This document shows positions 57,600 to 64,000 of a stretch of 64,000 bases of DNA, one piece after another. The translations under genes were made by a program, and so were the position numbers. The notes below the pieces were generated by a model. That model was not told the origin of the DNA, made no database searches, and was given only the letters and a program-made list of their open reading frames with translations. Within the stretch, counting starts at the first letter, position 1, and every line of letters starts with the position of its first letter. This DNA comes from Escherichia phage vB_EcoA_4HA11, in sequence record MN445184; one strand, written 5' to 3'.

Positions 57600-60380
57600 T
57601 TAAATAGAAGAATCCAATATACGGTAACTAATTAACTTAGTAGGGTCTACCGGATTAATCAGATTGTAGTATCGTGAGGCTACATAATCGTTCTCGGAAG
57701 AGAACATACCAACATACACTTTAGCGCCCACCCCAGAACAAGCATCCCCACCAGCATTGCTATCTGAGAAGAACGTTAATGGGGAAGTTAATCCGAATAT
57801 AGAATTAAATGGTACGGCTAAATAAGCGCCTCGGAATGACCGTCTGATTCTCTTACCCGTCTGAATATTAAGAATACTCCACCAGAAATATCCTGGTTTA
57901 GCACCAATAGCTATATGATATGGTACACCACTTTGTAGTTTAAGGTCGTTAGGTAAATCCCCAGATAAAATTTGGGTTGTACCATCGCCCCCCAATAGCA
58001 AAGCAATTGTTTGTTTTCCAGAAGCGTCTATAACTAATTGAAGATGAAGACTGTTGGATGTATCACTAAACCCTGAACCAATGGCCATGAAGTTAAATAC
58101 TTCAGCTCCAGATATGGTGGGTACTACAACAGCAGCCATGGTAATACCTTCTGGACCTGCTGTTCTTGAATACAGTAATTTATCTTTGTTGGCTTGTGAT
58201 AGTCTCAGACCATTTACTTGCCCTACAGAAGATGGGACACTTACATAAACAGGTGTAGTGCTAACACCATCAAATGTAGGGGTCTCGTTCATGGTTTGCA
58301 AACCAGTCTTGGAATAATTAACCAATCCGTTAATGCTCAGGTCGGAATTGGTGGGGTTGATAATATTGTTATCACCAATAAAGTTAATGCCCATATAACC
58401 AGTCTCAACCACACCATTAATGGTGACACTACAATCATTAGACAGGAACTGAAAATTGCCTGCACTAGAGTTAGCACCTGAACCACTATTCGCGGCATAA
58501 TTGAGTCCTACGAATCCGTTGATAACTGCATCACTTTTGTTAAATACGATGTTGTAGAAAGTGTTGTTAGCATTGATGCCGTTACGATTGGTGTTCAATC
58601 CGTTCATGGAAATTGAATATGAATCGCTAATCTCAATGCCATTCCCGCCACAATCTTGTACCTCAATACCATTAATAACCATATTCTGGCTGTTATTAAT
58701 AGTAATGCCTGGAAACTGTCCTACTGTACCATAAGGTTGCCAGTTAGCCCAAATGAATTTACCGCCAATAATACGACCATTACCACAACCATCAAGAACT
58801 AGACATTGTTTACCGCAGGTATTAACCTGGATATTTGTCCAAGTCCAATCAGTAGTAGCACAACGGACACCCACCTGATTGATGTGGTTGACTAAAAGAG
58901 AATCTGTAGTAACACTAAAGTTACCACTATCAATATTTAACCCATATTCATCAAAACCTGCTATATGGACCTTAGAAATACACAAGTCCCGTCTTGGGTC
59001 TGCGGTAGTGTGGAACGGATAATCGGCTGAGAGACCTGAAGGAGTTTCTACATAGATACCTGTTGTGCCCGCAGTAAATGACGTGCCTTGTTGTGCACCT
59101 GTGCCATATACCCCAAAGGCGTCTAATACAATAAGGGAGCATGTATCTTTTATGGTAATACAATTCCCAGTAGCAGAAGGCAACTGATGCAACCTTGAGT
59201 AATGTAATCCAGACCCATAAATAGACGACGTATTATATTTTAACTGGATATTGCTAACGTAATGTACACCAGTTAATTGTGTGGCCTTACCACTATCCAC
59301 ACAAGATTGTACTGGAATAGTATCATCATTAGAACCACCCAAAGCACCAAACATGAATGGGTTAACTCTATCAGCATTAACACGTAACCATGCTGCGCCG
59401 CCAACAGTTTTGATCACAGTACCGTTATTATCAGTCTTTCCTGTACCATCAATTAACGCACGGAATACCCCTCCACCAAGAAGAGTACCCGCAGTGTGTT
59501 GCTTAAGAATAATGCGTTGTCCATCCATAGTGGGTTCAGTATTCCTGAGATCAGCAACAGAATGGCATTCTCCAATATACTTGGCACCATCATTGCGCCC
59601 CAGAGTGTTTATCACATTAATAAATGAATCTTCTAAAGGCAACAAATCAACCTGCACATCACCTGGGTTGTAATTCAATTTCCCAGCAGATACAGAAGAA
59701 ATGACAGAACCATCAGGAATGGTTGGTAAACCATAACTGGTTTGCGTCGCTATATCATAAACAACTTTCTTCCCATCCAACAAAGATATGGTGTCCGTAC
59801 TAACGATGACTTCAGAGTCTTTTACATTAGCAGAACGGGCGATTTCTTGAATACTTCGGTCAAACGCCGGACTGATATTCGGTTGTTTAACAGACATTTC
59901 AGCGACTACCCAAACGCCTGCAGTCAGTGCAGTTTGCAAAGACACTTTCCCTGTCGTGCTGTTATAGGAATATTCAATTTCGGGTGTTTTGTACTCGCCA
60001 CCGATATAAAGAGATTGGACACCATAGGATGTGAAATCAGGAGTGAACTCGGTTTCACCCCCTACGGCTTGAAATTTGTATATGCGGATACCTTTGGCTG
60101 TATCTTCTGGCGAAAGAATTTTATCGAATAAGCAATACACAACATCGCCTTTGGACAATGCGCGCCCGAGATTCAACGTATTTCCTTCGATTTCAAAGTT
60201 GTCTAAGGGAACTTGCATACCACCGTTGATTGTGACTACGCCAGTGACAGGATAGAACGGCAAGGAAAGGAAAGTTTCTCCACCAACATTTGATTTATAC
60301 GTGAAAGGAATCTGGTGGGGAGCTGTGATTACGCCGCCGAATAATTCTTCTACATTTCTGGTCATTTGAAAATACCCCAT
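57600..60380 (-). CDS. tailspike protein (926 aa)
   Basis: Long ORF with repetitive beta-helix-like Gly/Asn-rich C-terminal half; alternative in-frame ATG at 60365. Confidence 0.7.
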   Translation of the reverse strand: MGYFQMTRNVEELFGGVITAPHQIPFTYKSNVGGETFLSLPFYPVTGVVTINGGMQVPLDNFEIEGNTLNLGRALSKGDVVYCLFDKILSPEDTAKGIRIYKFQAVGGETEFTPDFTSYGVQSLYIGGEYKTPEIEYSYNSTTGKVSLQTALTAGVWVVAEMSVKQPNISPAFDRSIQEIARSANVKDSEVIVSTDTISLLDGKKVVYDIATQTSYGLPTIPDGSVISSVSAGKLNYNPGDVQVDLLPLEDSFINVINTLGRNDGAKYIGECHSVADLRNTEPTMDGQRIILKQHTAGTLLGGGVFRALIDGTGKTDNNGTVIKTVGGAAWLRVNADRVNPFMFGALGGSNDDTIPVQSCVDSGKATQLTGVHYVSNIQLKYNTSSIYGSGLHYSRLHQLPSATGNCITIKDTCSLIVLDAFGVYGTGAQQGTSFTAGTTGIYVETPSGLSADYPFHTTADPRRDLCISKVHIAGFDEYGLNIDSGNFSVTTDSLLVNHINQVGVRCATTDWTWTNIQVNTCGKQCLVLDGCGNGRIIGGKFIWANWQPYGTVGQFPGITINNSQNMVINGIEVQDCGGNGIEISDSYSISMNGLNTNRNGINANNTFYNIVFNKSDAVINGFVGLNYAANSGSGANSSAGNFQFLSNDCSVTINGVVETGYMGINFIGDNNIINPTNSDLSINGLVNYSKTGLQTMNETPTFDGVSTTPVYVSVPSSVGQVNGLRLSQANKDKLLYSRTAGPEGITMAAVVVPTISGAEVFNFMAIGSGFSDTSNSLHLQLVIDASGKQTIALLLGGDGTTQILSGDLPNDLKLQSGVPYHIAIGAKPGYFWWSILNIQTGKRIRRSFRGAYLAVPFNSIFGLTSPLTFFSDSNAGGDACSGVGAKVYVGMFSSENDYVASRYYNLINPVDPTKLISYRILDSSI

Positions 60381-60403
60381 AAGGATTTGCCAATATGGGG
60401 TAT
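60372..60403 (-). promoter_or_regulatory. 10-bp inverted repeat ATACCCCATA...TATGGGGTAT overlapping the ACTAAATA motif and first ATG
   Basis: Arms 60372..60381 and 60394..60403. Confidence 0.4.
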
Positions 60404-60408
60404 TTAGT
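60401..60408 (-). promoter_or_regulatory. late-promoter-like motif ACTAAATA
   Basis: Upstream of the 926-aa tailspike gene. Confidence 0.35.
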
Positions 60409-60439
60409 CTGAACTAATAAAATTTATGAACAAAGGTAT

Positions 60440-60470
60440 AATAAGAACCCCGCCAAAGCGGGGTTTTTGC
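60440..60470. terminator. terminator hairpin CCCCGC-loop-GCGGGG
   Basis: Stem 60448..60463, T-run on plus side, U-rich on minus side. Confidence 0.55.
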
Positions 60471-60480
60471 TCAAGATAAA

Positions 60481-62577
60481 TTAAAGTGTGTATGTTACAT
60501 AACTTCCATCTGGTTTTTTAGCAAGCAACCTCAATGCTCCGTCACTTCCGAAGAAGAATCCTATAGATGAATTATGTTCCAGAGCGCTCTCTGGTAATTG
60601 TAAAGGGGCAGCAGGTATACTCATATGCTTAAAGCCTAAGCGGTTAAGCTGAAACTCACCTACACGTACACCCTCCTGAATTGCCGAAAGCTTGACAATA
60701 CTTGCCTCACCCCCTGGTGTAGCAACCTGGCAATCTGCCGTCATAAGCAAAGATGGGTTTGTAGTACCACCCATAGCAGGTTGCATTGCAAGTGTCATTT
60801 GGTTGGCACTATGCTGAACATTGATATTACCTCCCTGAATATCGCTTATATAGGTACATAGTAATTTCTTAGTACCGGAACCAGCACAGGAAACATTACT
60901 TACTTCTGAAGACGGAGCGTATATAGCGTAACCTTGTGTAGTATATGCATGGATGTTAATACCACGAAGTCTACTACCTCCCTCACAGGTAAGCTGATTT
61001 AGGTTAGTTAAATCCTTATTCGCACCTACTACAGTAATGTTAGTAATATCATTGTTAGTACCCCTATCGAAGACGCCTTCCTTATGGGCCTCATAAGTAA
61101 CAACATTATCAATAATATTTTTCTGACCATCCCACCAAGCACCAATCCCCATACAATCACGAGTAATAATATTACGGATGATATGTTGAGTAGGTAGGTG
61201 GAACCATGGATACTCTGCGAGTGAGTAGTCATCCACACGTTCAGTTGGCGACCCTGTGTCAGCATTAACATCAATACCATCATAGTAACACTGGATTGTA
61301 GTTATATTGTCGAACACTAAACGGTAGTTCCTGGCTGAACGACCTCCAATTTCGTTCTGATAGGTTTTAATACCTGATTCTCCAACACGGTATGAGATTA
61401 AATCCCTTACTCCACCATCATGGTCTGTACCACCATCATTGCGAATGAACAGTACAGCGGAACCAGAGCCATATTTTATCTCACCCCCAACAACCCAGTT
61501 GCCAGTACCCCATGCAGTTGTATGATGGTTCTCAAATGTAATGCCCGATTCCAAAGCAATAAAATTGCGTGGATTCTTAACAAGAATCCTATTACATAAA
61601 GTAAATAGATAACCACCAAATGTAGCTTCTGGGTTCTCTACGATGATATTATCGCCGCTCATTATTCGCAAAGTAGCACCAGCAACCTGATTTTTTACAT
61701 TATCAGGAAGGTCGTCCCAAATATCTAAATCGTTAATATTTGGCTTATATCCAACATCCAAACGCTGCTGAACAGATGCCAGAACTTGTGTTGGGTCTGT
61801 AACCCAATTACCGTTTGCATCGAATCGGTAAACAGTATACGGCGTAGTTTTAGTATGCATGTGCGGTTTCTTAATTACTGAACCCGCACCCAAACCATTC
61901 CAAACCAACATACCATCGCCAATGAATTTTCCTTTGCATTCAATGATTAAAACTTTACCGCTAAAATCTACATTCTCATCTGCAGTAAAAGTGTAGTCAA
62001 CATCAATAAGCAATCCATCTACGGCTGCTGTCGCTGCATCCTGTAATGTAGAATAATCAGATAACTTTACTGAATATTTGAATTTCTTATTAGCTTCCTG
62101 CCTAAATGCAGCATCACCAACACTAACCCAAGCACCTAAACCAACGCCACCAGTTGATGCTGGAGTTGAACCAGCAGGAACAACTTTAGGTAATGCACCA
62201 TCCCATCGATATTTTTCATCATCGTGAACAAGAAGTTCATTTTTCACATTAATAGTATGGCCGAAATTAAAAGAACCAGGTAAAGTCACATATTCTTCGC
62301 GGCTTACTGCTAATTCCCCGAGATCAACAGAGCCAGAAGAATGAGTAAGGATGGCTTGTTCGTTCAGACTTATCGCAGTCGTTCCTGAAACAATACCTGA
62401 AGGAAGAGAATAAGCCCGTTGGGTAGACTCATCATAAATTACTTTAAATCCGCTGAGATCAATACCGACAGTGAAATAAATGACTTCGTCTTCTTTGACA
62501 CCGAAATTTCGAGCGATAGATTGTTTGTTAACTTCTATGGAAGTGGAGCCGCGTGGTTGATTGAATTGAGAAATCAT
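60481..62577 (-). CDS. tailspike protein (698 aa)
   Basis: N-terminal module shared with the 770-aa tailspike; remainder divergent. Confidence 0.7.
   Translation of the reverse strand: [698 protein letters not shown]
62098..62577 (-). repeat. N-terminal tailspike module, paralogous copy B
   Basis: Similar to 57069..57548. Confidence 0.7.
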
Positions 62578-62581
62578 GATA

Positions 62582-62613
62582 ATACCCCATAAAGGATGAC
62601 CAATATGGGGTAT
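62582..62613 (-). promoter_or_regulatory. 10-bp inverted repeat ATACCCCATA...TATGGGGTAT overlapping ACTAAATA motif
   Basis: Arms 62582..62591 and 62604..62613; GGGG of the 3' arm is the only SD-like element before ATG 62577. Confidence 0.4.
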
Positions 62614-62618
62614 TTAGT
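62611..62618 (-). promoter_or_regulatory. late-promoter-like motif ACTAAATA
   Basis: Upstream of the 698-aa tailspike gene. Confidence 0.35.
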
Positions 62619-62651
62619 CTGAATTAACAAAATTTTATAAACATGGATATA

Positions 62652-62680
62652 ATAAGAACCCCGCCGAAGCGGGGTTTTTA
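62652..62680. terminator. terminator hairpin CCCCGC-UUCG-GCGGGG
   Basis: Stem 62659..62674; sequence nearly identical to the one at 55205..55233. Confidence 0.6.
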
Positions 62681-64000
62681 CTATGATGTAAATTTCATTG
62701 CATCCCATGTTGTACCATTATGTCGATACCCGAAAATATTTGATGCCCCAGCAATAACATCATATCTGTCACCAGACGCATTACCAAAAGGCCTGTCAGG
62801 AACAGAAGTTGTGTCAGTTGCTAAAATGCCTTTAAACCACCATCCATTCTGGGTGTTTGGTTTGTATTTGTAAAATTGTTTAACATATGGTTGAGTTGGC
62901 GAGTCAACATTAATTTGCCCATGAATACCAGCGTATCCGTATAAAGGTTCACTGGTATTCACATCACTGTATACATCAATGTTGAAGTAGTAATCCTGTA
63001 CGGATAGTGGAGCTATCCCAAGCGCTGGATGCATCCATCTATCTGTTTTAATATCAGCAGTGAATTGCACAACACCAACAGTCACTCCTGCTGCTTGTTG
63101 CAATAAACCCAGGACACCACCAAACTGACATTTTGTCATATTCCATTTAATATGCATTTCATCAAGGTGAACAAGATAATCGTTGGCAAATTTATTGGTA
63201 AACCTTATGGCTGTGTTGTCTGATAATTGAGGTGAACCGTTGGTCCCGCAAGAGACAAAAGAGTCATTGCTGTTGAAAGTAGCACCTGTTTTTTGTTTAC
63301 CCAAGCGAACACACCCCCAAAAACCTGAGAAAGTGTTATTTTCACTAACAACTTCTTTGAAATAGTCCAGGTCATAAGCAACGTTTGCAGCTTTTTGTTC
63401 AGTTGTCCAATCTGCGGCTCTGTTTTTTTGCAATATGTTATTATTTGCAGAGTAAATAATTGCATTAATAGTGGTTGGGTCAGATGACAAAACAGACGGC
63501 TGCTGTGTTGTGAATGCCGCAGTATTAGGATACCCGATAACTTGCTTTTCTGATCGTAGCGTTACAGTATTACCAATAAATCTGGCAACAGTTGTAACGT
63601 TAGGTACGGTATCCAGAACCAAAGCACTACCTGCGTCCTCACAGACGTTATTTGTGAAGGTGACTATAGATGTCGATGTAGCACCGTCGTTAGCCTTCAG
63701 GAATGGGTAGCGAGCTTTTTTGGTGATGCATCCATCAACGATCCCATTACCATGACACTCAAATACCGTACACATGTCTGACATGGTTGGCTGGATACAT
63801 TTAACGTTATTTATAACGTAGCCATCGGAATGAATTCTTATTGATGAGTGGTCTATTAGGTTACTGTTTCCAGTCACAGCGTCAGCAACGCGATAGAAGT
63901 TGCAATTCTCTACACGCGTATTGTAGCTGTTGAACGCTGCCTGAGCTTCCTGGAATACCATTACGTTTGCACCAGGAGCATTCTTGACGTTAACTCCAGA
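62681..64000 (-). CDS. tailspike protein, C-terminal part (5' end probably beyond right window edge)
   Basis: Frame open to window end; Asn/Thr/Gly-rich beta-helix-like sequence. Confidence 0.6.
   Translation of the reverse strand, partial: SGVNVKNAPGANVMVFQEAQAAFNSYNTRVENCNFYRVADAVTGNSNLIDHSSIRIHSDGYVINNVKCIQPTMSDMCTVFECHGNGIVDGCITKKARYPFLKANDGATSTSIVTFTNNVCEDAGSALVLDTVPNVTTVARFIGNTVTLRSEKQVIGYPNTAAFTTQQPSVLSSDPTTINAIIYSANNNILQKNRAADWTTEQKAANVAYDLDYFKEVVSENNTFSGFWGCVRLGKQKTGATFNSNDSFVSCGTNGSPQLSDNTAIRFTNKFANDYLVHLDEMHIKWNMTKCQFGGVLGLLQQAAGVTVGVVQFTADIKTDRWMHPALGIAPLSVQDYYFNIDVYSDVNTSEPLYGYAGIHGQINVDSPTQPYVKQFYKYKPNTQNGWWFKGILATDTTSVPDRPFGNASGDRYDVIAGASNIFGYRHNGTTWDAMKFTS

Noticed and set aside
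1-64000. tRNA genes, rRNA genes, CRISPR arrays, integrase or attachment sites
   Set aside because: Intergenic gaps are short and occupied by hairpin terminators or promoter-like motifs; no cloverleaf-like or repeat-spacer structure and no recombinase gene was seen. A tRNA scan was not run, so a small tRNA cannot be excluded.

Overview
The window is a contiguous piece of a virulent, T4-like-core myovirus genome, almost entirely transcribed on the minus strand; no rRNA, tRNA, CRISPR array or integrase was found. The gene content is: (i) a DNA repair/recombination and late-transcription block (SbcC/SbcD-like gp46/gp47, gp55-like late sigma factor, RNase HI, DinG-like helicase, HU-like protein); (ii) an accessory stretch of small, mostly secreted, lipoprotein or unknown genes with DenV and an acyl-carrier-protein-like gene; (iii) a replication block (sliding clamp gp45, clamp loader gp44/gp62, RegA, UvsW, UvsY-like); (iv) a morphogenesis block in T4 order (major capsid, scaffold, prohead protease, portal, tail tube, tail sheath, terminase large and small, neck proteins); (v) a 1612-aa structural protein followed by four consecutive tailspike genes, two of which share an N-terminal module. 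Four consecutive tailspikes plus a phage HU homologue suggest an Ackermannviridae (ViI/CBA120-like) phage, but that is inference only. Most notable observations: a 159-aa mini-intein splitting the Walker A P-loop of the terminase large subunit; three freestanding homing-endonuclease-like genes inside the structural module; an ACP homologue with Asp in place of the phosphopantetheine-attachment Ser; a recurring ACTAAATA-like motif upstream of structural genes, paired with a reused CCCCGC-UUCG-GCGGGG terminator hairpin. All calls are by eye from the translations and sequence; no database search was run. The ORF track reports TTG/GTG starts as M, so several 5' ends are approximate.
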